64,000 bases of DNA from an uncultured Candidatus Saccharibacteria bacterium (GTDB lineage: Bacteria > Patescibacteriota > Saccharimonadia > Saccharimonadales > JAGQNJ01), in the NCBI GenBank assembly GCA_964590205.1, contig CAZPVO010000001.1, positions 175,873 to 239,872 on the forward strand, given 5' to 3'. Under the pieces are notes generated by a model that was not told the origin of the DNA, did not search any database, and saw only the letters and a list, made by a program, of their open reading frames with translations. The position numbers and the translations under genes were made by a program. Numbering within the stretch: position 1 is the stretch's first letter; the number at the start of each line of letters is the position of its first letter. Shown here piece after piece: positions 1-8,924 of the stretch.

Positions 1-23
1 TGCCACAGGCTATTCTGATACTT

Positions 24-299
24 GTGCTTTCATCTGGTTTATGGATTTTTCTGGCTTGGGTTACAAAACATGCTATGCTTTGGCTTGCTAAAAAATTCGA
101 TGCTACGGAAAAATCGTGGCAAATCATGAAAGCATTGATATTGATTATGGGCTGGATCGCCCTCTGTGTCACAGCAAATGCTCTTAATGGCGGTATTAGC
201 ACACGCTTTATAACTAATAGTTTGCTGTTTGCGTTTGTTGGCGTACTAAGTTTTGGATTAGAATTTATTCTCACCCGTACTCTACTTCATAAAAAGTAA
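24..299 (+). CDS. Hydrophobic membrane protein, probably 5'-partial (frame stays open to the left window edge)
   Basis: ORF track. The translation is mostly hydrophobic helices. There is no stop between position 3 and 24 in this frame. Confidence 0.4.
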   Translation: MLSSGLWIFLAWVTKHAMLWLAKKFDATEKSWQIMKALILIMGWIALCVTANALNGGISTRFITNSLLFAFVGVLSFGLEFILTRTLLHKK

Positions 300-367
300 A
301 ATGCTTATGCTTGCCTTGAATTGGCGGGCACGAGTATAGTCTTTGGTAGCAAAAAGGGGAGATATTT

Positions 368-1669
368 ATGGCAATTGAGATGTTGAATGAGCATATGCTG
401 CATATCGAAGGCGGACCGATTGATATACATACTCATCCACGTAAATTTGATGCACAGACTGACGATATGTTGGGTAGTCCAGCACGTGGCTACGAGGGTA
501 AAGCTGGGCTTAGAATTTATACAGAAGTCGCCCTGCGAAGTGGCATTACTGCCATGCTGGCGATGTCTAATGAATCAGTTCGTGTGCCGCTGTCGCTTGA
601 CCCACTGGTGACCGAAACGCGGCCGTATTCTATCGCCACGCCAGATCGATTGTTGGCGTCACAGTATTTGACAGCTACTGAGGCTTATATTCCTGTTGGC
701 GATTTCTTCGGACTGGATCCGGAAGAAACCTATGTTGATAAAGACAAGCAGCAGTTGGACACAAATAAACTGTATGATTTGTTTGGTTCAGTTGCCGAGG
801 ACTGCATTGGCCTTAAGATTTATGGTGACGAAACAACCGGCGGATATAATATCGATGTCAAAGATATATCTTCTGTAGTTCAAATTTGGAACGAAGTAAA
901 TCCCGAGCATCCAATCGTGCTACATCTTGAAAACGAAAACGTTAGCAAAGTTCTCGAGTCAATCTATAAACTGCCACATGGTAAAGATATGCCAATTCAC
1001 ATTGCTCATGTTTCCTCAATCGAAGAATTAGACGGGGTTATAGCGGCTAAACAATTCGGCATGAACGTCACTTGCGAAGTAACGCCTCATCATTTGTTTC
1101 TCGATGCTACATTGAGCGAAGTTGTGCCTGAAGGTTTTTCTCACGTAAAACCAACCCTGAAAGAGCGACGTAATCAGCAGTATTTGCGAGCTAAATTTCA
1201 TGATTGGATTGATGACATCGCAAGTGATTGTGCGCCTCACCGATCAGTTGATAAGGAAAAAGGCATCCCTGGATTGGCTAACCACAGTGTCCTATTGCCG
1301 CTTGCACTGGGTGCTGTTCAGCTAGAAGCTGAGAAACCCGAAGAAGAGCGATGGATTACGCTGGAAGACATTAACAAGAAGATGGTGGTTAACCCGAGAA
1401 AACGATTTAACTTACCGATGAATGATGGTAGCTCCATTGATGTTGATATAAGTCCTGAAACAAATCGCAACGCTATGCTTCGTGACAGTGATGCGTCCAG
1501 AAAGTATGGCTATAATCCGTTTGCGGCCTATAACGGTAACTTTGATGTGCCGATGATCGGTCGGGTTGTAAATGCTCAAGCCGGTAAATCTTCTATCAGA
1601 GACGGCAAAGCCAGTTTGCATACCAGCTACACGCATGTGATCTCACCTCGAACCCTAAAAGCCGCCTAG
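368..1669 (+). CDS. Dihydroorotase-like cyclic amidohydrolase
   Basis: Amidohydrolase/DHOase-type motifs in order: DIHTHPR (HxH metal site), GLKIYGD (Lys), HLEN, IAHVSS, CEVTPHHL, SDCAPH (catalytic Asp). Size of 433 aa fits. SD-like aaaggggag lies just upstream. Confidence 0.75.
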   Translation: MAIEMLNEHMLHIEGGPIDIHTHPRKFDAQTDDMLGSPARGYEGKAGLRIYTEVALRSGITAMLAMSNESVRVPLSLDPLVTETRPYSIATPDRLLASQYLTATEAYIPVGDFFGLDPEETYVDKDKQQLDTNKLYDLFGSVAEDCIGLKIYGDETTGGYNIDVKDISSVVQIWNEVNPEHPIVLHLENENVSKVLESIYKLPHGKDMPIHIAHVSSIEELDGVIAAKQFGMNVTCEVTPHHLFLDATLSEVVPEGFSHVKPTLKERRNQQYLRAKFHDWIDDIASDCAPHRSVDKEKGIPGLANHSVLLPLALGAVQLEAEKPEEERWITLEDINKKMVVNPRKRFNLPMNDGSSIDVDISPETNRNAMLRDSDASRKYGYNPFAAYNGNFDVPMIGRVVNAQAGKSSIRDGKASLHTSYTHVISPRTLKAA

Positions 1670-1672
1670 CCG

Positions 1673-2812
1673 ATGAACTTGCAAGAAACGAAAGAGTTTC
1701 TCAGTAGCGAAGGACTCAAGATGGCTACAGAGTTTCTTGTTGAGCGACTCGCCATACAAGAACTTGGTCGCGCTGCAGTGGGCAGGGAGCTCATTTCTCG
1801 CTACGCCTACTGCGGCCATAGACGGCTAGAAAGCCCGCGTCTTGCTGTGGATCTCGCCGGCATCGCACTTGATAATCCCGTCATGCTTGGCGCAGGCTGG
1901 GATAAAAAATTCAAAACCATGAAAGGTATATATGCGCTGGGTTTTGCTGGCTCCGAAGATGGCGGCGTGAGTTTATATGAGCAACCGGGCTGGGATCGAC
2001 CGCGTATGTGGTTTATTGATGACGATGGCACTGTCCTCATTAACAGGCTTGGATTCAACAATAAAGGAGCCGAGAAAACTCAAAAAATTTTGAAGAAAGC
2101 CGGTGATATTCCCGGCGTACTCGGCGCCAACATTACAATCAACAAATATACCGATGCCGAGGAAGCACCACGAGCTCTGGCGAAAGTAATTCCGTTTATA
2201 TATGATCACGTAAAATTTGTCACTGTTGCTATATCCTCTCCTAATACAGAGAACATTCGCTCATTGCAGCGCAGAGAGCCCTTGAGTGACATTATCGATG
2301 CTCTGCACGAAGAAATGGATCGTTTGGGGGAGCGAAAGCCGATTTTTGTAAAACATGATGGCGATCAAAGCTGGCGGCTCTTCGATGAGTTGATTGAAAC
2401 AGCTCTTGCAAAAAAAGTTGGCCTGGTTGGCATTAATACAACAATTAATCCAGACATAAAGGGCAAGTATGGGAAACGGTGGCACAGTCAACCGGGGGGC
2501 TTAAGCGGTGCTGACCCTGAGTATCAACAGAAAGCCCGTGATTTTTGCAAATATGCCTATGAGCAAGCTGGTGACGAGCTGGTATACGTTAGCTGCGGTG
2601 GTATTGATAGCGGTGAAGAAGCATGGCGACGCATGGAACTCGGCGCGACAGCCGTTCAGGTCGTAACAGCCATGAAACCATCGTATCTGCGCATTGCCGC
2701 TAAAGTTAATACCTATATTGATAACCGCCTGCAAAACGAAGGTGTCGAAAATGTTCGCTACATCATTGGCCGCGATACCGATCGTGGGCCAAAATACACG
2801 CTTGCTGCTTAA
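1673..2812 (+). CDS. pyrD: Dihydroorotate dehydrogenase, class 2 (quinone-type) signature
   Basis: Motifs NRLGFNNKG, EQPGWDRPRMW, ISSPNT (Ser catalytic base typical of class 2) and GGLSG. It has an N-terminal extension as in membrane-associated class 2 enzymes. Confidence 0.8.
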   Translation: MNLQETKEFLSSEGLKMATEFLVERLAIQELGRAAVGRELISRYAYCGHRRLESPRLAVDLAGIALDNPVMLGAGWDKKFKTMKGIYALGFAGSEDGGVSLYEQPGWDRPRMWFIDDDGTVLINRLGFNNKGAEKTQKILKKAGDIPGVLGANITINKYTDAEEAPRALAKVIPFIYDHVKFVTVAISSPNTENIRSLQRREPLSDIIDALHEEMDRLGERKPIFVKHDGDQSWRLFDELIETALAKKVGLVGINTTINPDIKGKYGKRWHSQPGGLSGADPEYQQKARDFCKYAYEQAGDELVYVSCGGIDSGEEAWRRMELGATAVQVVTAMKPSYLRIAAKVNTYIDNRLQNEGVENVRYIIGRDTDRGPKYTLAA

Positions 2813-3642
2813 AGGTAATCAGTAATTGGTTTTGTCATTTTCCACAATGATTCGTGAATTTTGCGCTGCATTTGGGCAAATTCGGCGCTTTCAACTTCAA
2901 AGCCGTGGATACGCACACTTTTCAAATAGACGTGCGCATATATGTTGCCATACATTAGTGTATCGCCAGACACTTCAAAAATGCTCGGATCAATTGCACC
3001 GATTGATTCAATTGGCGTTCTCATGGTAGGTGATCCCGGGTATGTGTATCGTCGAATTGATTCGATTGCGTGTTTTGTAGGGTTCATAATGACTCTTTCT
3101 TTGATTCCGCGGCGTCGGGATTCGTCGACAAACCTTGAATAAAATTTCATTCCCACATATCGTCCACGCCCCCAGTCACTCATGACGTATACAACATCGT
3201 CAGTTTTTAGTGAATTCCAGAAAAGTTGCCGGGCTCCAGAGCGATTTTTGTAGACTCGTATCTCTGAAAAATTATCTCTTTTACCTATCGCCACACTTTG
3301 CTTGATTGTCTTTTCGAGCTCGTCCAAATCTCTCGTAAGTCTTTGAATTCTTATCGCTTCATCTTCTAGTCCATGACGCATAGTACCGATGCTATATGCT
3401 CGGATTTTTTTGTATTTGTCATGGATTACTTCTTCGATGATACCAAGCTCGAATAGCTTGCTTAGGCAGTCATAAACTGATGTTCGCGCGATTCCAGTTT
3501 TGGCAACGATTTCCTGGACTCTTAAGTCACCAGTTTTTATTAGTAAAAGATAAATATCGCATTGATATGGCGAAAGGCCAAACTTCATAAGTTCTAACTT
3601 AATCAAATCTCCGTCAGTCATAGGGGTAGGATGATGTCGCAT
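2809..3642 (-). CDS. TrmB-family winged-helix transcriptional regulator (start uncertain: 3642 or 3621; the track start 3723 would overlap the divergent gene)
   Basis: N-terminal HTH region FGLSPYQCDIYLLLIKTGDLRVQEIVAKTGIARTSVYDCLSKLFELGII resembles the TrmB N-domain. It is divergent from the gene at 3717. Confidence 0.6.
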   Translation of the reverse strand: MRHHPTPMTDGDLIKLELMKFGLSPYQCDIYLLLIKTGDLRVQEIVAKTGIARTSVYDCLSKLFELGIIEEVIHDKYKKIRAYSIGTMRHGLEDEAIRIQRLTRDLDELEKTIKQSVAIGKRDNFSEIRVYKNRSGARQLFWNSLKTDDVVYVMSDWGRGRYVGMKFYSRFVDESRRRGIKERVIMNPTKHAIESIRRYTYPGSPTMRTPIESIGAIDPSIFEVSGDTLMYGNIYAHVYLKSVRIHGFEVESAEFAQMQRKIHESLWKMTKPITDYL

Positions 3643-3716
3643 TACGCCGACAAATTTTCTCCTTTTACATTTCAGCACATATTTGAAAGCACTGCAAACA
3701 TAAGGAGGAAAAAAGT

Positions 3717-4691
3717 ATGGCATATGAATTTAATAGCAGCATTGGTCATCTTGAAGGGCTGGAGTCACCGTGGGGAAATGCCGGTGGCGTTGTAAAAACT
3801 GTTCATGATGTTGAAGCGATGGCTAAAACTGGTGTGGGCTGGATTGAAGCTGGTTCGTACACATTGGAACAAAGGTGGGGTAATGCAGCTGAGCTTGGAG
3901 ATGATGGATTGCCGATTCCTGGGGTTCAAAAAACGGTTTATTATCACGATCCAGTAACTGGTGAAACAACCAACAGTTTAGGTATGCCAAATATGGGCTT
4001 CGACACACTGGAGGAAGAATTACCAGAAATGATCGAAATTGCGCACGCTTATAACAAACAATTTGTTCTAAATGTTGCGCCGGTGACTGCTGAACCAGTT
4101 GCAGAAGTCCAAGAGCTTGTGCAAAGAGCGAGTGAAGCAGGTGTCGATGCAGTGCTTGTCAATGCTGGTTGTCCAAACGTTGTGCTCGAAGACGGAGGCC
4201 GTAAGGAGTTATTAAGTCGTAATCCAGAGAAACTTGCTGTTGTTTTGAGTGGGCTAATGTTTGCTAGCTATCCCAATAAACCAATATGGGTAAGGATTTC
4301 TCCGCAAGAAACATACGCTCAAGCTCAAGAAATTTTCGGTGTTATCAAGGATAGCAGTGTTGTGAGCGCAGTTGTTGATCCAAATACCTGGCCAAACTTT
4401 GTACCCGTTGACGAAGGCGGCAATGCAATCCTGGAAGTTCCAGGTGGGGCTGGGGGACGAAGTGGTCCGGCAACTGCGGATGAGTCAGCCGAACAAACAG
4501 CTTGGGGCGTCGAACTTTTACAAGGCTCGGGAATCGATCTAGTCAGTTCAAGCGGCATTATGAATGCTCGCGAACTTGCTCGCCGCCTAGGTCAAGGTGC
4601 CGCAGGTGGCGCAGGAACAACATTCTACTATGAGTCCGTAGAAGGTTGGGCTGATGACACAAATAAAATGCTGCGCGAACTAGCCTCTTAG
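3717..4691 (+). CDS. Dihydroorotate dehydrogenase-family TIM-barrel protein, class 1-like (Cys signature)
   Basis: NAGGV, NSLGMPNMGF, VNAGCPNV (compare NLSCPNV of class 1 DHODH) and GGAGGRSG, with a C-terminal Gly-rich FMN-phosphate region. SD aaggagg lies 9 nt upstream. Confidence 0.65.
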   Translation: MAYEFNSSIGHLEGLESPWGNAGGVVKTVHDVEAMAKTGVGWIEAGSYTLEQRWGNAAELGDDGLPIPGVQKTVYYHDPVTGETTNSLGMPNMGFDTLEEELPEMIEIAHAYNKQFVLNVAPVTAEPVAEVQELVQRASEAGVDAVLVNAGCPNVVLEDGGRKELLSRNPEKLAVVLSGLMFASYPNKPIWVRISPQETYAQAQEIFGVIKDSSVVSAVVDPNTWPNFVPVDEGGNAILEVPGGAGGRSGPATADESAEQTAWGVELLQGSGIDLVSSSGIMNARELARRLGQGAAGGAGTTFYYESVEGWADDTNKMLRELAS

Positions 4692-5185
4692 CGGAAGTTT
4701 GTAAATTGTAGCGGGAAGTCGAACGGTTGGCTTTTGAGCAGCTGCATCACAAGTTGTAGCTCGTCCTTTTTTGCGCTGGTCACACGGACTTCTTCGCCCT
4801 GAATCTGAGTTTTAACTTTCGGAATTTTTTCTTTTACCAGTTTGGTAATTTGCTTAGCCTTTTCTTGATCAAGTCCCCGAAGAAACGGAACTTCTTTGGA
4901 GGTCTGCAGATTATTGTTAGTGGACTCTTTTGAAACATCCAACACTTTTTGGCTTTGTTCACGTGCAGCTAACTTTTTACGCAAAATATCGGTGATCGCA
5001 TCAATTTGATAATCACTGTCGCCAATAATTTTTACACCAGTTTTATCGCTGTTGAGCCACTCAATAGCAGCTGGCGTGCCTTTAAAGTCATACCGAGTTT
5101 GAATTTCACGCAAAACTTGGTCGAAAACGTTGTTCATCTCGGCCTTGTCGTAATCGCTGACTACATCAAATGAGAAGTTTGCCAT
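4688..5185 (-). CDS. yajQ: YajQ-family nucleotide-binding protein (UPF0234)
   Basis: MANFSFDVVSDYDKAEMNNVFDQ...RYDFKG...QIQGEEVRVTS...PLQFTNFR is collinear with YajQ. The start is refined to the internal ATG at 5185. Confidence 0.8.
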   Translation of the reverse strand: MANFSFDVVSDYDKAEMNNVFDQVLREIQTRYDFKGTPAAIEWLNSDKTGVKIIGDSDYQIDAITDILRKKLAAREQSQKVLDVSKESTNNNLQTSKEVPFLRGLDQEKAKQITKLVKEKIPKVKTQIQGEEVRVTSAKKDELQLVMQLLKSQPFDFPLQFTNFR

Positions 5186-5186
5186 A

Positions 5187-5354
5187 TCACAAGTTTCGCA
5201 CCACACGAGCCTGCTGTCCAGCAGAGCTGGCCACACTGCTCGTGTTGCTAGCGCCCTGCTGTGTCAAAAGCTCCGTTGCTTACTCGTCGTATGGTCCGAC
5301 TTATTCCGCGACTCGCTTTTTCCTTGCACTGCATCTAGCTGCGCAAGTTGTGAC
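5187..5354. repeat. Palindromic intergenic element, copy A (between divergent yajQ and pheS)
   Basis: Terminal inverted repeat tcacaagtttcgcacc (5187-5202) against gctgcgcaagttgtga (5339-5354), 13 of 16 complementary. Internal stem 5201-5210 against 5238-5247. Its left part matches copy C and its right part matches copy B. Confidence 0.45.
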
Positions 5355-5370
5355 ATTACCGGTATGGAAC

Positions 5371-5379
5371 TGGTATAAT
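5371..5379 (+). promoter_or_regulatory. Extended -10 box (TGGTATAAT), 9 nt before the pheS ATG
   Basis: Direct read; no SD in between. Confidence 0.5.
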
Positions 5380-5388
5380 CATCCTAAG

Positions 5389-6423
5389 ATGACTTATCAA
5401 AATAAGAAAGTTGCCGAAGTCGCAGCTAAACTGACAAAACGCATTGAAGGTTTGGAAAACAAAGCCAGTATCCTTCGTGCACCTGAACTCAAGGCGCTGT
5501 ATGACGAAATGAAGGTTATTAAGCCAGAAGAGCGCGCGGCTTTCGGTAAAGAAGTTAACCAGCTCAAGAATGAACTACAAAAGCTGGTTGATGAAGCCCA
5601 CGACGCTAGCGAAAAGCTGGCACCAATCGATGTAACAGCGCCGTTTGACGTTAACACACCGAATGAATTGAAACCGCAGATTTTACGAGCCGATCAAGGT
5701 AGCAAGCACCCTCTGATGGTTGAACTCGATAAAGTTATCGATATTTTTGCGCGCATGGGTTTTATACATATGGACGCTCGCCAAATTGACGACGAATATC
5801 ACATGTTCGATAGCTTAAACTTCCCAAAAGGCCATCCGGCCCGTGATGATTACGATACATTTACAACAACTGACGGTTTAGTCGCACCAGCGCATGCCAG
5901 CATTATGCAAAACCGCCTGCAGCGTGCATACAAAGCAAATCTAGAAAAAGGCAAACCAATCGGTGTTGTCTACACAGGTCGTAGTTATCGTAATGAAGAT
6001 GTTGATGCAAGGCACGAACATACCTTTTATCAGGTTGAAATCAGCTACATTGATAAAAATATCAATGCTGGTAATTTAGTCGCAACCTTTAAAACCTTCT
6101 TGAGCGAATATTACCAAAAAGAAGTCGAAGTAAAGATGCAGCCGTTTTATTTTCCGTTTACCGAGCCAAGCTTTGAAATGGCACTGAGCTGTCCTTTTTG
6201 CGACAAGAAAGGCTGTAACATTTGTGGTGAGGGCTGGATTGAGCTTCTGGGCTGCGGCATGATTAATCCGAATGTGCTGAAAATGGGCGGTATCGACCCG
6301 ACAAAATACACCGGCTTTGCAGGTGGTTTAGGTCTGGATCGGCTCGTCATGATGAAATACGATATCGAAGACGTCCGGCACTTCCACTCCGGTAAATTAG
6401 AATTTCTGAGGCAGTTCTCATGA
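5389..6423 (+). CDS. pheS: Phenylalanine--tRNA ligase alpha subunit
   Basis: Class II aaRS motifs (HPARD, FRNE-like SYRNEDVDARHEHTFYQVE, GFAGGLGLDRL). The start is refined to ATG 5389. The upstream 73 codons of the track ORF are read-through of the intergenic repeat. Confidence 0.9.
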   Translation: MTYQNKKVAEVAAKLTKRIEGLENKASILRAPELKALYDEMKVIKPEERAAFGKEVNQLKNELQKLVDEAHDASEKLAPIDVTAPFDVNTPNELKPQILRADQGSKHPLMVELDKVIDIFARMGFIHMDARQIDDEYHMFDSLNFPKGHPARDDYDTFTTTDGLVAPAHASIMQNRLQRAYKANLEKGKPIGVVYTGRSYRNEDVDARHEHTFYQVEISYIDKNINAGNLVATFKTFLSEYYQKEVEVKMQPFYFPFTEPSFEMALSCPFCDKKGCNICGEGWIELLGCGMINPNVLKMGGIDPTKYTGFAGGLGLDRLVMMKYDIEDVRHFHSGKLEFLRQFS

Positions 6424-8924
6424 AAGTAAGTGTTAATTGGTTGAAGGAATTTACTGACATCAAAGTGTCTGTTGATGAGTTAGTGACCAAAATTGGAGCG
6501 CAGCTTGGTGCGGTGGAGGAAGTTATTGATCTTGGTGAACGCTACCAAGGAATTATTGTGGCTAAAGTCGTGAGTTGTCATAAACACGAAAATGCCAATC
6601 GACTTAATGTTTGCGTTATTGACGATGGTGGTAAAGCGACCAATGTAACGCGTAACGCACAGGGGAATGTGCAGGTAATTTGTGGTGCACCAAATGCTCG
6701 CGTGGGTATTACAGTGGCGTGGCTGCCTCCCGGAACTATCGTGCCGGCGACATTTGATAAAGAAAAATTCACTCTCGAAGCTAGAGAAATTCGCGGCGAA
6801 ATCAGCAATGGCATGTTGGCCAGTGGACTGGAACTCGCCATTAATGAAGATCACAGCGGCATTGTTGAGCTTGATGATCAACTAAAAGCCGGTGAGAGCT
6901 TGATTAAAGCATTGCAACTTGATGACTACATTATTGATATTGAAAACAAGATGTTTACGCATCGACCAGATCTTTTTGGCCAGCTGGGCGTGGCCCGCGA
7001 AGTAGCCGGAATTCAACAAATTGCTTTTAAGTCTCCTGACTGGTATTTGAAGGCCTTCAAATTAGAATCCAAGGCTAATGATTTGCCGCTCAACGTGCAA
7101 AATGATATTCCAGAACTTGTGCCGCGCTTCATGGCAGTAGCCATGAGTGGCGCCAAAGTTGAGCCATCACCGTTGCTTATGCAAAGTTATTTGAGCCGAG
7201 TGGGCTTAAAGCCAATTAATAATGTGGTGGATATTACGAACTTTGTGATGATGCTCACGGCTCAGCCCCTCCATGCCTACGATTACGACAAAGTAGCAGA
7301 TCGCAGTGGTAAAACTCCAACAATTGTGGCCAGAAAAGCCACAAAAAAAGAAGGTATTAATCTGCTAAACGGCAAACGTGTTGAATTTGAAGATCCAGCA
7401 ATTTTAATCGCTACCGATCAAGAACCAATCGGCGTTGGTGGCATTATGGGCGGCGCGGATACCGAAGTCGATGAAAATACCAAAAACATTATTTTGGAAT
7501 GCGCCAGTTTTGATATGTACTCAATTCGTCGAACTGCTATGAAGTACGGCTTGTTTACTGATGCAGTTACCAGGTTCAACAAAGGCCAAAGCCCGCTACA
7601 AAACGACAAAGTCTTCGCCTACGCCTCACATATGTTGCGTGAACTAAGCAGTGCGGAGTTCGCCAGCAAAGTGTTTGATATCAATCACGCTCACGAAGCC
7701 AATAAACCAGTGAGTTTAACGGCTGAATTTATTAATGAAAGATTGGGGCTTGAACTCAATGACAAAGAAATCACCTCGCTACTTACGAATGTTGAATTTG
7801 AAGCTAACAATGATAGTGCAACAAAGACACTACATTTTACACCAGGTTTTTGGCGCACCGATATCGAAATTAAAGAAGATATTGTCGAGGAAGTAGGCCG
7901 GCTATACGGCTACGACCACCTGCCATTGAAACTGCCGAAACGTGATCTGACACCTACTGAAAAAACTCGTCTCGTTGAATTTAAAGCGAGCTTACGTGAT
8001 GTGCTGGCCGACGCAGGCGCTAATGAACTGCTTACTTATAACTTTGTACACGGCGACCTGCTCGACAAAGTTGGTCAGAACCGCGAATTAGCATATCAAC
8101 TCAATAATGCGCTCAGCCCTGATTTGCAGTATTACCGAGTTAGCTTATTGCCGAGTTTGCTCACTAAAGTTCATCCAAACATTAAAGCCGGTTTTGATAA
8201 TTTTGCCCTGTTTGAGATCAATAAATCGCACGATAAAAGTAATGTCCATGAAGATGGCTTGCCGATAGAAGAAGAGAGAGTGGCTCTTGTTTGGTCGGCG
8301 GCCGATAAAGCCGTGGATAAGAAGGCTGGTGCGGCTTACTACCAAGCGAGACATTATGCAGAGTACTTATTGAACAAGCTAGGATTGCCGGTTGAATTCA
8401 AACCAATCACCAAAGTGCCACAAAACGATACAACCAAACAGGCGCTTGCCCCATTTGATCATGAGCGGAGTGCCTATGTAACAAGCGACGGCAAACTGTT
8501 GGGTTTTGTGGGCGAATTCAAAACAAGTGTTAAGAAAAACCTGAAGCTACCAGATAACACCGCTGGTTTTGAATTAGATATTTCGATGCTTCTTGAATAT
8601 CACAAACCAGTTAACTACCGACAACTGTCACGTTTTCCATCAACCGAGCAAGACATTAGCCTGAAAGTTGGAAATCAAGTTACGTACCATCAATTGTCCG
8701 AAGTAGTCGAAGCAGTTCTGTTGAAGGCAGAAAAAGAACACGGCTACATATCAAGCTTGTTACCACTTGATATTTACGAGGCAGAAGGCGCAAAAACCAA
8801 GCATACAACATATCGAATTGTGCTCACGCATTTTGAACGAACACTAACCACAAGCGAAGTTAACAAATTGCTCGATGAAATTGCTGCTACGGCTAAAGCT
8901 AAGCTTGCGGCCGAGCGTCTGTAG
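6420..8924 (+). CDS. pheT: Phenylalanine--tRNA ligase beta subunit
   Basis: MKVSVNWLKEF start, tRNA-binding domain, B3/4 and B5 regions, FDVF-like C-terminus. ATGA overlap with pheS. Confidence 0.9.
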   Translation: MKVSVNWLKEFTDIKVSVDELVTKIGAQLGAVEEVIDLGERYQGIIVAKVVSCHKHENANRLNVCVIDDGGKATNVTRNAQGNVQVICGAPNARVGITVAWLPPGTIVPATFDKEKFTLEAREIRGEISNGMLASGLELAINEDHSGIVELDDQLKAGESLIKALQLDDYIIDIENKMFTHRPDLFGQLGVAREVAGIQQIAFKSPDWYLKAFKLESKANDLPLNVQNDIPELVPRFMAVAMSGAKVEPSPLLMQSYLSRVGLKPINNVVDITNFVMMLTAQPLHAYDYDKVADRSGKTPTIVARKATKKEGINLLNGKRVEFEDPAILIATDQEPIGVGGIMGGADTEVDENTKNIILECASFDMYSIRRTAMKYGLFTDAVTRFNKGQSPLQNDKVFAYASHMLRELSSAEFASKVFDINHAHEANKPVSLTAEFINERLGLELNDKEITSLLTNVEFEANNDSATKTLHFTPGFWRTDIEIKEDIVEEVGRLYGYDHLPLKLPKRDLTPTEKTRLVEFKASLRDVLADAGANELLTYNFVHGDLLDKVGQNRELAYQLNNALSPDLQYYRVSLLPSLLTKVHPNIKAGFDNFALFEINKSHDKSNVHEDGLPIEEERVALVWSAADKAVDKKAGAAYYQARHYAEYLLNKLGLPVEFKPITKVPQNDTTKQALAPFDHERSAYVTSDGKLLGFVGEFKTSVKKNLKLPDNTAGFELDISMLLEYHKPVNYRQLSRFPSTEQDISLKVGNQVTYHQLSEVVEAVLLKAEKEHGYISSLLPLDIYEAEGAKTKHTTYRIVLTHFERTLTTSEVNKLLDEIAATAKAKLAAERL

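Noticed and set aside
3686-3698. agcactgca 9-mer shared with the repeat family (gcactgcat) upstream of the DHODH-like gene
   Set aside because: A single 9-mer match is about what is expected by chance in 2 x 64 kb. No flanking similarity.
5170-5388. 73-codon N-terminal extension of pheS in the ORF track (MRSLPYHKF...)
   Set aside because: It reads through the palindromic intergenic element and across the yajQ start. A TGGTATAAT box lies inside it, and conserved PheS sequence begins at ATG 5389.
6480-6881. Nested or antisense ORFs of 60-140 aa inside well-supported genes (e.g. 387-611, 6480-6881, 14767-15093, 16841-17209, 21414-21824, 29081-29509, 33655-34086, 37830-38201, 56715-57047, 58348-58758)
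   Set aside because: They lie wholly within genes with clear family motifs on another frame or strand. Their composition is biased (Ser/Cys/Arg-rich) as expected from antisense reading, and they have no start context.
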